Part shown: piece after piece, positions 19,155 to 30,792 of the stretch | Layout: each line of letters opens with the position of its first letter | Numbering within the stretch: the first letter of the stretch is position 1 | NCBI GenBank assembly: GCA_963740165.1 | Contig: CAVUDC010000005.1 | Coordinates: 104,012 to 168,011, forward strand | Source of the DNA: an uncultured Actinomycetota bacterium | GTDB lineage: Bacteria; Actinomycetota; Actinomycetes; Actinomycetales; Microbacteriaceae | Direction: 5' to 3' | DNA length: 64,000 bases | Program-made: the position numbers and the translations under genes | Notes under the pieces: generated by a model | The model's input: the letters and a program-made list of their open reading frames with translations, nothing else | What the model was told of the DNA's origin: nothing | Database searches by the model: none

Positions 19155-21284
19155 GTGGCGCAGAGCATCTTCATCACGTCCGCAGAGGGTCATTCGGGCA
19201 AGTCCTCCATCGCGTTGGGGGTGCTCGACACGCTGAGCCACGCGATGGCGCGGGTCGGTGTCTTCCGAGCGATCGCGCGCTCGACGCTCGAACGCGATTA
19301 CGTGCTCGAAATGCTGCTCGAACACGACGGTGTCGAGCTGACGTACGACGAGTGCATCGGGGTCACGTACGACGACGTCCGGGCCGATCCCGAGGGTGCG
19401 TTGGGTGCGATCGTCGAGCGTTTCAAGGCGGTCGAGGCGCAGTGCGATGCCGTCGTGATCCTCGGCAGCGACTACACGGATGTCGGAAGCCCCGCCGAGC
19501 TCGCCTTCAACGCGCGCATCGCAGCGAACCTGGGGGCCCCGGTGCTGCTGGTGCTCGGCGGACGAGCGGGTCAGGGGCAGAGCGAACAGCTCGGCACCTC
19601 GATCGCCCGCACTCCGGACGAGGTGGGTCAGATCGCCGACCTCGCGCTCGTCGAGTTGGCACACGGCCGGGCCGAGCTCTTCGCCGTGGTCGCGAACCGT
19701 GCCGATTCCGATCGCCTCGGCGAGACCGTGGCAACGCTGCGGCGGACCGTGGCGGCGCACGGCAGTGCGGGCGTTCCGGTGTGGGCGATCCCCGAGGATA
19801 AGTTCCTCGTTGCTCCGTCCATCCGCGGCATCATGCGCTCGGTCGACGGCACGCTCCTGACGGGTGACCCCGATCTCCTGACGCGCGAGGCGCTCGGCGT
19901 CGTCGTCGCGGGGATGTCGATGGTCAACGTGCTGCCGCGCCTGTTCGAGGGGGCTGTCGTGGTCATCCCCGCAGATCGCTCCGAGGTGCTGCTCGCCGCC
20001 CTGCTCGCGAACGCGTCGGGCACCTTCCCCTCGATTTCGGGCATCGTCCTGAACGGTGGTTTCGACCTGCCGGACCCGATCATGCGCCTGATCGACGGAC
20101 TCGGGTCTACGCTCCCGATCATCACGACAGACCTCGGCACCTACGACACCGCCGTCCGCATCATGAACACGCGCGGTCGCCTCGCGGCCGATTCGCAGCG
20201 GCGCTACGACACGGCGCTGTCGCTGTTCGAGACGCACGTCGATACGACCGAGCTGCTGCGCGCGATCGGCGTTGCTCGGGCCACGGTCGTCACGCCGCTG
20301 ATGTTCGAGTTCCAACTCGTCGAGCGGGCACGCTCCGACCGCCGCCGCATCGTCCTGCCCGAGGGAGAGGACGACCGGGTGCTGCGCGCCGCCGCGCGCG
20401 TGCTCGCGCGCGGTATCGCCGACCTCACGATCCTCGGCGAAGAGATCGAGGTGCGAAACCGCGCCATCGAGCTGGGAATCGACATCCGGGCCGCCGAGGT
20501 GCTGAGCCCCTTCGACGCGGTCCACGTGCACCGATTCGCCGAAGAGTACACGCGCCTGCGCTCACACAAGGGCGTGACATACGCCCAGGCGGCGGACACG
20601 GTGACGGATGGCTCGTACTTCGGCACGATGATGGTCCACCTCGGGATGGCCGACGGCATGGTCTCGGGCGCCGCGCACACGACGGCACACACCATCCGTC
20701 CCGCCTTCGAGATCATCAAGACGAAGGCGGGGGTGTCTGTCGTCTCGAGCGTGTTCCTCATGGCGCTCGCCGACCGTGTGCTCGTTTACGGTGATTGCGC
20801 CGTGATCCCCGATCCGACGAGCGAGCAGCTGGCCGACATCGCGATCTCGTCTGCCGCGACCGCCGAGCAGTTCGGTATCGAGCCGCGGGTAGCGATGCTG
20901 TCGTATTCGACAGGGACGTCCGGCTCGGGGGCCGATGTGGAGAAGGTCCGCGTCGCGACTGACCTCGTCCGGGAGCGGGCGCCGCAGCTCGCTGTCGAGG
21001 GACCGATTCAGTACGACGCGGCCGCCGACGCCGCGGTGGCCGCTGCGAAGATGCCGGGATCGGATGTCGCGGGCCGCGCCACCGTCTTCATCTTCCCCGA
21101 CCTCAACACCGGCAACAACACCTACAAGGCCGTGCAGCGCTCCGCGGGCGCGATAGCCATCGGGCCCGTGCTGCAGGGCCTGAACAAGCCCATCAACGAT
21201 CTCTCCCGTGGGGCCCTGGTCGAAGACATCGTGAACACGATCGCCATCACCGCAATTCAGGCGCAGGAAGAGACCGACGCATGA
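19155..21284 (+). CDS. pta: Phosphate acetyltransferase (long form)
   Basis: GHSGKS N-domain, IVLPEGED, GPIQYDAA, FPDLNTGNNTYK, NDLSRG. Confidence 0.96.
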   Translation: MAQSIFITSAEGHSGKSSIALGVLDTLSHAMARVGVFRAIARSTLERDYVLEMLLEHDGVELTYDECIGVTYDDVRADPEGALGAIVERFKAVEAQCDAVVILGSDYTDVGSPAELAFNARIAANLGAPVLLVLGGRAGQGQSEQLGTSIARTPDEVGQIADLALVELAHGRAELFAVVANRADSDRLGETVATLRRTVAAHGSAGVPVWAIPEDKFLVAPSIRGIMRSVDGTLLTGDPDLLTREALGVVVAGMSMVNVLPRLFEGAVVVIPADRSEVLLAALLANASGTFPSISGIVLNGGFDLPDPIMRLIDGLGSTLPIITTDLGTYDTAVRIMNTRGRLAADSQRRYDTALSLFETHVDTTELLRAIGVARATVVTPLMFEFQLVERARSDRRRIVLPEGEDDRVLRAAARVLARGIADLTILGEEIEVRNRAIELGIDIRAAEVLSPFDAVHVHRFAEEYTRLRSHKGVTYAQAADTVTDGSYFGTMMVHLGMADGMVSGAAHTTAHTIRPAFEIIKTKAGVSVVSSVFLMALADRVLVYGDCAVIPDPTSEQLADIAISSAATAEQFGIEPRVAMLSYSTGTSGSGADVEKVRVATDLVRERAPQLAVEGPIQYDAAADAAVAAAKMPGSDVAGRATVFIFPDLNTGNNTYKAVQRSAGAIAIGPVLQGLNKPINDLSRGALVEDIVNTIAITAIQAQEETDA

Positions 21285-22522
21285 GCGCCATCCTCGTCGT
21301 CAACAGCGGATCGTCGTCCTTCAAGTACCAGCTGATCGATGTCGCGACCGAGGACGTGCTCGCCTCCGGTCTCGTCGAGCGCATCGGCGAGGACCTGGGC
21401 AGCGCGAGCCACACAGTCTCGGCCGCGGGCTTCGGCCACGCGCGCGAGGGTGAGCCGGCGCCGACTGTGCTCGAGGCCACCTACGACCGTGAGCTGCCGA
21501 TCCCGGATCACACGATCGGTTTCGCCGTGATGCTCGAGGCGTTTGCTCAGAACGGTCCCTCCCTCAGCGACAAGCCTCCGGTCGCCGTCGGGCACCGCGT
21601 CGTGCACGGCGGGGCGCGGTTCTACGAGCCGACGCTGATCACTCCGCTGGTCGAGATCAACATCGACGAGTTGTCGGTGCTCGCGCCGCTGCACAATCCC
21701 GCGAACCTGCAGGGTATCCGCGCCGCGAAGCAGGCCTTTCCCGACATCCCGCACGTCGCCGTCTTCGACACCGCTTTCCACCAGACGCTCGCGCCGGCCG
21801 CGTACACGTACGCCATCGACCGCGACCTGGCGGAAGCGCATCGTGTCCGCCGCTACGGGTTCCACGGCACGTCGCACAAGTTCGTGAGCGAGGCGGCGGC
21901 GCACTTCGTCGGACGAGATCTCGCGGATCTGCGCCAGATCGTCTTCCACCTCGGCAATGGCGCATCGGTCACGGCGATCCGCGGGGGTCGTTCGGTCGAC
22001 ACCTCGATGGGCCTGACGCCGCTGGAGGGACTCGTGATGGGAACCCGCTCGGGCGACCTCGATCCCGCCGTGCTGATCCACCTGGCTCGGCGCGCCGGAC
22101 AGAGCATCGACGACCTCGACGATCTCCTCAACCGGCGCAGCGGCCTCCGAGGTCTCGCGGGTGTGAGCGACATGCGCGACCTCGTGGCACGTCGAGATGC
22201 CGGGGACTCGGCGGCCGCGCTCGCGTTCGACGTGTACATCCATCGGGTCCGCGCCTACGCGGGCGCCTACCTCGCGCAACTCGGCGGCGTCGACGTCATC
22301 TCGTTCACGGCTGGCGTGGGCGAGAACTCCGTGGCGGTGCGTGCCGAGGCACTCGCGACGCTCGGCTTCGCGGGCGTGCAGATCGACCCCGAGCGGAACG
22401 CGGCACGCAGCCGAGGAATCCGCGTCATTTCAACGGATTCCTCGCCCGTGACGGTTCTCGTCGTGCCGACGAACGAAGAGCTCGAGATCGCCCGACAGAG
22501 CATGCAGGCCGTCAGCAGCTGA
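21281..22522 (+). CDS. ackA: Acetate kinase
   Basis: NSGSSSFK, GHRVVHGG, APLHNP, FDTAFH, YGFHGTSH, HLGNGAS, PTNEE. Confidence 0.97.
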   Translation: MSAILVVNSGSSSFKYQLIDVATEDVLASGLVERIGEDLGSASHTVSAAGFGHAREGEPAPTVLEATYDRELPIPDHTIGFAVMLEAFAQNGPSLSDKPPVAVGHRVVHGGARFYEPTLITPLVEINIDELSVLAPLHNPANLQGIRAAKQAFPDIPHVAVFDTAFHQTLAPAAYTYAIDRDLAEAHRVRRYGFHGTSHKFVSEAAAHFVGRDLADLRQIVFHLGNGASVTAIRGGRSVDTSMGLTPLEGLVMGTRSGDLDPAVLIHLARRAGQSIDDLDDLLNRRSGLRGLAGVSDMRDLVARRDAGDSAAALAFDVYIHRVRAYAGAYLAQLGGVDVISFTAGVGENSVAVRAEALATLGFAGVQIDPERNAARSRGIRVISTDSSPVTVLVVPTNEELEIARQSMQAVSS

Positions 22523-22649
22523 TCTGCCTCGCACACGTGTCGCACGGGCGTGCACACCGCCAGTACGCTGAGATCGCGACGAGAGCGAGTGTCGTCCGAA
22601 ATGCCTCTCACCCGCCATGCTTCTCACCCGTTCGTCGCCTGGAGGATCC

Positions 22650-23378
22650 GTGCCCGACGCTCTGCCCGATCTGTCCGCGTACGATGCCGTGCTCTTCGAC
22701 CTCGATGGCGTGCTCACGCCGACCGCCGAAGTACACATGCACGCCTGGCAGACGATGTTCGAAGAGCTTTTCGCCGCGTGGGACATCACCCCGGCCTACA
22801 CCGAGCGGGACTACTTCGAATACCTCGACGGCAAGAAGCGCTACGACGGAGTCGCGAGCCTCCTGCGCAGCCGCGACGTCGAGGTGCCGTGGGGTGATCC
22901 GTCCGATCCTCCGACCGCCGACACGGTGTGCGGCATCGGCAACCGCAAGAACGTCGTGTTCTCGGGAGTGCTCCGCTCGGAGGGCATCACCGCCTACCCC
23001 GGCTCGGTGCGTCTTCTCGACGCGTTGCAGGCGGCCGACACACCGATCGCCGTTGTTTCGAGTTCGAAGAACGCGACCGAGGTTCTGCAGGTCGCGGGTC
23101 TCACGGATCGCTTCCCCGTCGTCATGGACGGCGTCATCGCCGAGCGCGACAACCTGTCGTCCAAGCCCGCACCCGATGTCTTCGTCGAGGCCGCCCGTCT
23201 CGTCGGCGTCGAACCCGCGCGCGCCGCGGCCGTCGAGGATGCGATCTCGGGCGTCATGTCGGCTGCCGCCGGGGGATTCGGACTCGTGATCGGGGTCGAC
23301 CGCGGCGTCGGAGCAGACGAGCTGTTGAAGGCCGGCGCGCACCTCGTGGTCACCGATCTCGGCGAACTCGTGCCCTGA
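22650..23378 (+). CDS. HAD hydrolase, beta-phosphoglucomutase family
   Basis: FDLDGVLT, SSSKN, KPAPD, VEDA; upstream of the GH65 gene. Confidence 0.88.
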   Translation: MPDALPDLSAYDAVLFDLDGVLTPTAEVHMHAWQTMFEELFAAWDITPAYTERDYFEYLDGKKRYDGVASLLRSRDVEVPWGDPSDPPTADTVCGIGNRKNVVFSGVLRSEGITAYPGSVRLLDALQAADTPIAVVSSSKNATEVLQVAGLTDRFPVVMDGVIAERDNLSSKPAPDVFVEAARLVGVEPARAAAVEDAISGVMSAAAGGFGLVIGVDRGVGADELLKAGAHLVVTDLGELVP

Positions 23379-23434
23379 TCCGTTTTCTCCTCTTCTTTTT
23401 TCTGCTCGACCGGCGCTAAGGAGCACTCCCCGTC

Positions 23435-25963
23435 ATGATCGATCGCGATCGGTTTCCCGTCGACCCGTGGCGCCTCATCGAGACCTCGTACTCGGAAGAG
23501 GACACGGGCGTCACCGAGACGCTCTTCGCGGTCGGGAACGGGTATCTGGGACTGCGCGGCAACCAACCCGAGGGACGCCGCGCTCACGAGCACGGCACTT
23601 TCATCAACGGGCTGCACGAGACCTGGCCGATCCGGCACGCCGAGCAGGCGTACGGCTTTGCCGAGGTCGGCCAGACGATCGTCAACGCCCCCGACGCCAA
23701 GGTGATGCGCGTCTACATAGATGACGAGCCGCTCTCGCTCGATGTCGCGGACGTCCGCGAGTACGAGCGTGTCCTGGACTTCCAGGAGGGGCTGCTCCGT
23801 CGCCACGTCGTGTGGTGCACGCCGTCGGGCAAACAGGTGCAGGTCGACTTCGACCGCATCGTGTCCTTCGACGAGAAGCACCTGGCGGTGATGCGACTGA
23901 CCGTGACGGTCTTGAACGCCGACGCGCCCGTGACCATTTCCTGCCAGCTGATCAACCGGCAGGACGGCGAGGACGTCTACGGCGGTTCGGCCAAGCGTGC
24001 GAAGGCGGCGGGTTTCGACCCTCGCAAAGCGGAGCGGATCGGCGCCGAGCGCGTGCTGCTGCCGCAGGAGTACTGGCAAGAGGGCCATCGTTCGACCCTC
24101 AGCTACCAGGTCAACGAGTCGGGCATGACGGTCGCGGTCTCGGCCGACCACCTCATCGAGACGGAGAACGACTACGAGGCGCGGACGCTCATCGAGCCCG
24201 ACATCGCCAAGAACGTCTTCCGGGTGCAGGCGAAGCAGGGCGTGCCGATCACGGTGACAAAGCTCGTCTCGTATCACTCGTCGCGCGGGGTTCCGGCTCG
24301 TGAGCTCGTCGATCGCTGCCGCCGCACGCTCGATCGCGCCGAGTTCGAGGGCGTAGAGACGATCTACACCCGTCAGCGCGAGTGGATGGATGCCTTCTGG
24401 AAGCGGTCCGATGTGCGCATCGGGGGCCATGACGACCTGCAGCAGGCGACGCGTTGGTGTCTGTTCCAACTCGCGCAGGCAGCGTCCCGCGCGGACGGTC
24501 AGGGTGTTCCCGCCAAGGGCGTCACGGGATCCGGATACAGCGGGCACTACTTCTGGGACACCGAGATCTACGTCCTGCCGTTCCTGACCTACACCTCGCC
24601 GCTCTGGGCACGCAATGCACTGCGGATGCGCGCGCTCATGCTCCCGGCTGCGCGTCGCCGCGCCTTCCAGCTCAATGAGGCCGGCGCGCTGTTCCCGTGG
24701 CGGACGATCAACGGCGAAGAGGCATCCGCGTACTACGCCGCCGGCACGGCGCAGTACCACATCAATGCCGACGTGACATATGCGCTGGCGAAGTACGTGC
24801 GCGGCACGGGCGACGTCGACTTCCTCTACCGCGAGGGCATCGACATCGCGGTAGAGACCGCACGGCTGTGGACAACGCTCGGCTTCTGGCGTGAGGGTGA
24901 GGGTGACGCGACGTTCCACATCCACGGGGTCACCGGTCCGGACGAATACACGACCGTCGTCAACGACAATCTCTTCACCAATGTGATGGCGCGGTTCAAC
25001 CTGCGCTTCGCTGCGCGCACGGTGCGCGAGATGGAGCACGACGCTCCCGACGCCTACCGTCTCATGGTCGACCGCCTCGGTCTCGACCCACTCGAGGCGG
25101 AGGGCTGGGACCTCGCGGCCGAGGCTATGCACATCCCGTTCAGCCCCGCCCTCGGCATCCACCCTCAGGATTCTCTGTTCCTGGAGCGTGAGGTCTGGGA
25201 TCTCGAGAACACCCCCGCGGATCGTCGCCCGCTCTTGCTGCACTTCCACCCGCTCGTGATCTACCGCTTCCAGGTACTCAAGCAGGCCGATGTCGTGCTC
25301 GCGCTGTTTCTGCAGGGCAATCATTTCTCGGCTGAAGAGAAGCTGGCCGACTTCCAGTACTACGACCCGCTGACGACCGGCGACTCCACGCTCTCGGCCG
25401 TCGTGCAGGCGATTCTCGCGGCCGAGGTCGGGTACCAGGACCTGGCGCTGGAGTACTTCGAGCAATCGATATTCGTCGACCTCGGCGACTTGCACCACAA
25501 CGCGGCCGATGGTGTGCACGTGGCATCCGCCGGTGGGGTGTGGACCGCGCTCGTCTGCGGCTTCGGTGGTATGCGCGATCACTACGGTGAGCTGTCCTTC
25601 GACCCGCGCCTGCCCGAGTCGTGGCCGGAGCTTTCGTATACGCTGCGCTGGCACGACGCCCACCTGAACATCACGCTCACGCGCGACGCCATGGCGCTCA
25701 GTCTGGAAGAGGGAGAGGGCGATCCCATCGCGTTCTCGGTCCGTGGGCGTGAGTACGTCATCGCGCCGGGGGAGGAGCTCTCGGTGGAGCTCGCCGACCA
25801 GGGGCCCGTGCGCTCGGGGCGCCCGACGATCCAGCAGTTCGAGGACATCCGACGCGAAGACGGCACGCTGCTCTCGGCCTCGGTGCCCACCGTCTCGACC
25901 ACGATTCCGACGCTCACGGGTCCGATCACGGTAGGCGGATCGGATGTCGCAGCCACGCCGTAG
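23435..25963 (+). CDS. Glycoside hydrolase family 65 (trehalose/maltose phosphorylase)
   Basis: FAVGNGYLGLRG, GHYFWDTE, GPDEY, KQADV, DSTLS motifs. Confidence 0.93.
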   Translation: MIDRDRFPVDPWRLIETSYSEEDTGVTETLFAVGNGYLGLRGNQPEGRRAHEHGTFINGLHETWPIRHAEQAYGFAEVGQTIVNAPDAKVMRVYIDDEPLSLDVADVREYERVLDFQEGLLRRHVVWCTPSGKQVQVDFDRIVSFDEKHLAVMRLTVTVLNADAPVTISCQLINRQDGEDVYGGSAKRAKAAGFDPRKAERIGAERVLLPQEYWQEGHRSTLSYQVNESGMTVAVSADHLIETENDYEARTLIEPDIAKNVFRVQAKQGVPITVTKLVSYHSSRGVPARELVDRCRRTLDRAEFEGVETIYTRQREWMDAFWKRSDVRIGGHDDLQQATRWCLFQLAQAASRADGQGVPAKGVTGSGYSGHYFWDTEIYVLPFLTYTSPLWARNALRMRALMLPAARRRAFQLNEAGALFPWRTINGEEASAYYAAGTAQYHINADVTYALAKYVRGTGDVDFLYREGIDIAVETARLWTTLGFWREGEGDATFHIHGVTGPDEYTTVVNDNLFTNVMARFNLRFAARTVREMEHDAPDAYRLMVDRLGLDPLEAEGWDLAAEAMHIPFSPALGIHPQDSLFLEREVWDLENTPADRRPLLLHFHPLVIYRFQVLKQADVVLALFLQGNHFSAEEKLADFQYYDPLTTGDSTLSAVVQAILAAEVGYQDLALEYFEQSIFVDLGDLHHNAADGVHVASAGGVWTALVCGFGGMRDHYGELSFDPRLPESWPELSYTLRWHDAHLNITLTRDAMALSLEEGEGDPIAFSVRGREYVIAPGEELSVELADQGPVRSGRPTIQQFEDIRREDGTLLSASVPTVSTTIPTLTGPITVGGSDVAATP

Positions 25964-25972
25964 GCTGGGGGC

Positions 25973-28159
25973 GTGACCGCCGCCCTGTACCGCCGCTATC
26001 GACCCGAGACATTCGGGCAGATGATCGGTCAGGCGCAGGTCACCGACCCGCTGATGACGGCACTGCGCAACGACCGGGTCGGCCACGCATACCTGTTCTC
26101 GGGTCCGCGCGGCTGCGGCAAGACGACATCGGCCCGTGTTCTCGCGCGCTGCCTCAACTGCGCCGAGGGGCCGACCGATACGCCGTGCGGTGTGTGCCCG
26201 AGCTGCGTCGAGCTCTCCCGCGCCGGCGGGGGCTCGCTCGACGTCGTCGAGATCGACGCGGCATCCCACAACGGTGTCGATGACGCGCGCGACCTGCGTG
26301 AGCGAGCGATCTTCGCCCCGGCGCGCGACCGCTTCAAGATCTTCATCCTCGACGAGGCTCACATGGTCACGCAGCAGGGCTTCAACGCGCTGCTGAAGCT
26401 GGTCGAGGAGCCGCCCGATCACGTCAAGTTCATCTTCGCCACGACCGAGCCCGACAAGGTGCTCGGCACTATCCGCTCCCGCACCCATCACTATCCGTTC
26501 CGGCTCGTGCCGCCCGGCCCGATGCTCGAGTACGTCCAAGAGCTTTCGGCTCAAGAGGGTGTGCAGGTTGAACCGGGTGTGCTGCCCCTCGTCGTCCGTG
26601 CCGGTGGCGGGTCGCCCCGTGACACCCTGTCGCTGCTTGACCAGCTGATTGCGGGTTCGGACATCTCGGCAGAGTCCGGCTCCGCAACGGTCCGGTACGA
26701 ACGTGCCGTTTCCCTGCTCGGCTACACCCACGCGGAGTTGTTGGACGAGGTCGTCGAGGCGCTCGCTGACCCCGACCCCGCAGCGGCGTTCGGTGCCGTC
26801 GACCGAGTTGTGCAGACCGGCCAGGATCCGCGGCGCTTCGTCGATGATCTGCTCGAGCGTCTGCGCGACCTGATCGTTGTCGAGGCAACGGGTCCCGCAG
26901 CGTCAGCCGTGCTGCGGGGTGTGCCTGTGGACGAACTCGAGCGGATGGGTCGACAGGCCCGTATCTTCGGCGGCGAACGTCTGTCCCGCGTCGCTGACCT
27001 GGTCAGCCGCACGCTCGACGACATGACGGGCGCGACGTCTCCGCGTCTGCAGCTCGAGCTGATGATCGCGCGCGTGCTCGCATCAGAAGTGGCGCCCGCG
27101 GCCGGGTCGACGTCCGGCTCCGGCGCGCCGCCGTCGGTGGCGCCGGCAGCGTCTTCGCAATCTGCGCCGGCACCTTCTGCGCCGGCACCTTCTGCAGCGG
27201 CATCGCCGGCGCCAGCAGTGTCCGTAGCTGTGCCGGCTGCCGCAGCGCCCACCGAGCCTGCGCCAGCTACGCCGACCGCACCCGAGCCGTCGGCTGCGGA
27301 ACCGGCCCGCCCTCGCCCGACCGGACCCGTGACGGTAGCTATGCTCCGCGACGCCTGGCCCGAGGTCCTTTCGACACTCGAGGACATCAGTCGCACCTCA
27401 TGGCTTGTGGCGAGCAATGCCCGCGTCCACGCCTACGAGGGTGACGTGCTCACGGTGACCTTCCAGAGCCAGAGCGATGTGCAAAAGTTCCGCCAGCGCG
27501 GCGTCGCTGCCAACGCCAGCGAGGACCTGCGGACCGCGATCGACCGGGTCCTGGGCGTGCGGGTAAAGTTTCTCGCCCGCCTCGATGGCCCCGACCCTGC
27601 CCCGCCCGCGGACGAGCCGCCGCCCCCGGACGACGGTCCGCCCGATGACTCGCCGCCGGACGATCAGCCGCCCGCAGGATGGGTCGCCCGCGCTCCCGGG
27701 TCGGCCGCGCAACGTCCCGAAGCAGCAGCTTCAGCGCCGGTTTCGGGGTCTCGCTTGGCTGCCACTCCGACTCCGGCACCGGTGACGGAGTGGGCGGTCG
27801 TCGCGATACCGCGAACAGCGGATGAGCCGCCCGTCGCGCTCGGCACGCTACGCGCCCCCGCACAGCTCGCCGTCGATGATGAACCCGAAGAGGCGGTGGC
27901 GTCGCCGGCGCTCGCCGGGCGGACTGTGCCCGAGCGTGAGGGACAGGTGCTGAGTGTCGACGAGCCGCCGATGCCCGACGAGCCCGACGTCGATGTGCTC
28001 GGCCCGGGCTCGGCGCAGACCACTCCCGCCCCGGCGCGCGCGACGCCCGCAGCCGCAACGCGCGGCTCCGACCGCTACGGCGAGGCGGTCGTCCGCCAGG
28101 TTCTCGGCGCGACCTTCGTACGCGAGGAACGCTTCGAACAGCCCACGAGGTTCAGCTGA
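25973..28159 (+). CDS. dnaX: DNA polymerase III gamma/tau
   Basis: [27 protein letters not shown]; Pro/Ala-rich linker. Confidence 0.96.
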   Translation: MTAALYRRYRPETFGQMIGQAQVTDPLMTALRNDRVGHAYLFSGPRGCGKTTSARVLARCLNCAEGPTDTPCGVCPSCVELSRAGGGSLDVVEIDAASHNGVDDARDLRERAIFAPARDRFKIFILDEAHMVTQQGFNALLKLVEEPPDHVKFIFATTEPDKVLGTIRSRTHHYPFRLVPPGPMLEYVQELSAQEGVQVEPGVLPLVVRAGGGSPRDTLSLLDQLIAGSDISAESGSATVRYERAVSLLGYTHAELLDEVVEALADPDPAAAFGAVDRVVQTGQDPRRFVDDLLERLRDLIVVEATGPAASAVLRGVPVDELERMGRQARIFGGERLSRVADLVSRTLDDMTGATSPRLQLELMIARVLASEVAPAAGSTSGSGAPPSVAPAASSQSAPAPSAPAPSAAASPAPAVSVAVPAAAAPTEPAPATPTAPEPSAAEPARPRPTGPVTVAMLRDAWPEVLSTLEDISRTSWLVASNARVHAYEGDVLTVTFQSQSDVQKFRQRGVAANASEDLRTAIDRVLGVRVKFLARLDGPDPAPPADEPPPPDDGPPDDSPPDDQPPAGWVARAPGSAAQRPEAAASAPVSGSRLAATPTPAPVTEWAVVAIPRTADEPPVALGTLRAPAQLAVDDEPEEAVASPALAGRTVPEREGQVLSVDEPPMPDEPDVDVLGPGSAQTTPAPARATPAAATRGSDRYGEAVVRQVLGATFVREERFEQPTRFS

Positions 28160-28752
28160 TGTACGACGGAATTGTTCAAGACCTGATCGACGAGTTCGGT
28201 CGTCTGCCGGGCATCGGACCGAAGTCTGCTCAGCGCATTGCCTTCCATATCCTGCAGACGCCATCGTTCGACGTGAAGCGGCTCGCGACGCTTTTGGCCG
28301 ATGTGCGCGAGCGCGTCCGTTTCTGCGAAGTCTGCGGCAACGTGTCCGAGCAGGACCGCTGCAGCATCTGTCGTGACCCGCGGCGCAATCCCCAGGTCAT
28401 CTGTGTCGTCGAAGACGCGAAGGATGTCGCGGCCATCGAGCGTACGCGCGAGTTCCGCGGGCTTTACCACGTCCTCGGCGGGGCGATCAGCCCGATCGAT
28501 GGCGTGGGCCCCGACGATCTGCGTGTCACCGAACTGATGACGCGTCTCGCCGACGGTACCGTGCAGGAAGTCATCCTCGCGACGAACCCGAACCTCGAGG
28601 GTGAAGCAACCGCGACCTACCTGAGTCGGCTCCTGCTGACGCTGCAGCTGCGCGTCTCGCGTCTGGCCTCGGGCCTGCCGGTCGGTGGCGATCTCGAATA
28701 TGCCGACGAGGTCACCCTCGGTCGTGCGTTCGAGGGTCGACGGACCCTGTAG
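28159..28752 (+). CDS. recR: Recombination protein RecR
   Basis: [12 protein letters not shown]4 zinc finger, Toprim [12 protein letters not shown]. Confidence 0.97.
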   Translation: MYDGIVQDLIDEFGRLPGIGPKSAQRIAFHILQTPSFDVKRLATLLADVRERVRFCEVCGNVSEQDRCSICRDPRRNPQVICVVEDAKDVAAIERTREFRGLYHVLGGAISPIDGVGPDDLRVTELMTRLADGTVQEVILATNPNLEGEATATYLSRLLLTLQLRVSRLASGLPVGGDLEYADEVTLGRAFEGRRTL

Positions 28753-28789
28753 CGGGAACAGATCGCGGGGTCCTCCCGACGCATCCGGT

Positions 28790-29281
28790 TCAGCGGAGGA
28801 CTTCGACGAGCACGATCCACGAGATCAGCAATGCGACCGGGATCGCGACGATGGCCCCGACGGCTACCACAACGAGCCCTGCCGGCTCGCCCGCGATCAG
28901 CATTGCCGATCCCACGGCGTAGATCGCGGCGGGCAGGAAGTTGATGGCGGCACGCGGCACCTTGAAGCGGTTCTGCGGATCGGTGTCCTGGGTGATCGCA
29001 CGCGCCGCGTGCGCGTTGAACACCATCGCGATCAGCGCCGAAACGAGCACCGCGGCCCCATAGGCGACAAAGGTGATCTCCGGGAACAGGGCCAAAGCGG
29101 AAGCCGTGATTGCGAGCACGAGCGTCGCGATTCCGGCGGCCAGGCGCGCAGTCAGAGAGCGCGATTTCACGATCTCTGCGATGTTGACGCTCGCCGCCAC
29201 GATCACGAGGCCGGCCAGAGCCGCGGTCGCTCCGAGGATGCCGAGATTGAACTCGTTCCAGCCGAGGTCATCGAGAGTCAT
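28790..29281 (-). CDS. Hypothetical membrane protein
   Basis: Five hydrophobic segments; GATAALAGLVIVAASVN...SWIVLVEVLR. Confidence 0.7.
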   Translation of the reverse strand: MTLDDLGWNEFNLGILGATAALAGLVIVAASVNIAEIVKSRSLTARLAAGIATLVLAITASALALFPEITFVAYGAAVLVSALIAMVFNAHAARAITQDTDPQNRFKVPRAAINFLPAAIYAVGSAMLIAGEPAGLVVVAVGAIVAIPVALLISWIVLVEVLR

Positions 29282-29303
29282 GCCCGCACTTTAGCGCGCT
29301 GCC

Positions 29304-30702
29304 CTAACGGCGCAGCCGAGCGCGGGCGCGAACGACGCCGCCGAGGGAGGCGCGCACCGGCTGCCCGAGGTAAATCCCCAGGGAGGCGCCGACGGCGAGG
29401 CTCACGCCGATCACTCCCGCCGCGGCCAGAGTGCCGAAACCCTCGAGCATGATCTGCGGATCGTCGCCGGACTCCACGATGCCGAGCAGACCGCGGAAGA
29501 CTGCTGCCCCGGGCACCATCGGCAGGATCGCCGCAGTGGTGATGGCGACCGCGGGTACGTGCAGGCGATAGGCGGCGAGGACGCCGACGAAGCTGCCCGC
29601 GAACGCGCCGACACCGCTGGCCGCCGCGATCTCGAGACCGACGCCGGAGGCCGCGAGGAAGCCCAGCCAAGCCACGACGCTCAGAACGGCGCTGACCACG
29701 ACGATCCGCAGTCCCGCTCCGTTGAAGACGGCGACCGCGATGGCGATCAGCGCGGCGCCCGCGAACTGAAGCGGTACGGGTCCGAGCGGTAGTGCGGCGC
29801 TCGGCGGTTCCATCGCGTAGCCGAGCACACGCGCAGTCTGCAGTCCCGCGAGGATCCCGAGCACGACACCGAGCGTCTGGGTCATGAGCTCGAGGATGCG
29901 GCCGGTCGCGGTCAGCGCGAAACCGTCGATCGCGTCCTGTGCGGCGCCGACGACGGTGAGCCCGGCCAGCATCAGCACGACCCCCGGAGGCGACGATCAC
30001 CGAGGGCCGGACGCTGTCGCCGCCGGGTATCGAGGTCATCGCCAGGAGAGGAGTGAGCGCGGCGACGAGAGTCAGCACGAGAGCGGCGGCGATCTGACTG
30101 AAGAAGTACGGAACCGCGGCGCGCGAAAGCAGGGCCTGCGTGACCGCGGCGGCCCCCGCAGCGAAGAACGCCACAGCAACGGTGAGTGGGCCCGCTCCGA
30201 ACATCACCGCGACACCCACGGCCAGAGTGGCCTGGGCGATGATGACGACTCCGGGACCGTAGCGGAAGGGCGAGCGTCGGATCTCGCGCAGCAGGGTTCG
30301 CGCGTCCGCGAGTTCGAGTCCGAGTGCGATCTCGGCGACCAGGGAGTGCAGGCGCCGGAGCTTGTCGTGGTCGGGCGCCGTCTGACGCACGACCCGAAGC
30401 AGAGTGAAGGGACGGGGCGCGCCACTGCGGTGGTGCGAGGCGGTGATGGAGTTATAGGTCACGTCGACATGCACCGGGCTGAGTCCGTAGGCCGCGCTCA
30501 CTCGAACGATCGTCGCGGTGCCGTCGCTCGCCGAAGCGCCCGTCGCCAGCATCGTCTGTCCGATTCGCACGGCGAGGTCAAGGATCCCGACGGCCATCGC
30601 ATCGTCGATTACGGGAATCGCTTCGGTCGCGGTGTCGGCGGGAACCTCGCCTCGGATGAGCCCGCCGAGCGAGGGCAGGAGTCGGCGAAGATACTGGCGC
30701 AT
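29304..30702 (-). CDS. ThrE-family threonine/serine exporter; frameshift in a homopolymer at 29981-29985
   Basis: Two abutting hydrophobic ORFs; removing one base gives continuous ASGVVLMLAG...DAIDGF. Confidence 0.82.
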
Positions 30703-30792
30703 GGCCTATCGATCGTAGTAGCGGTCGGAGCATCCGTAAGATAGTTCGTCGGGCGCGGCATCCGAGCGCTCCTCATCCCCGGGAGTTTCATC

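Noticed and set aside
22994-26731. 1245-aa minus-strand ORF
   Set aside because: Stop-poor antisense frame of the HAD, GH65 and dnaX genes, typical of high-GC DNA
27100-27800. Short repeats and low complexity within dnaX
   Set aside because: Ordinary Pro/Ala-rich linker of actinobacterial DnaX
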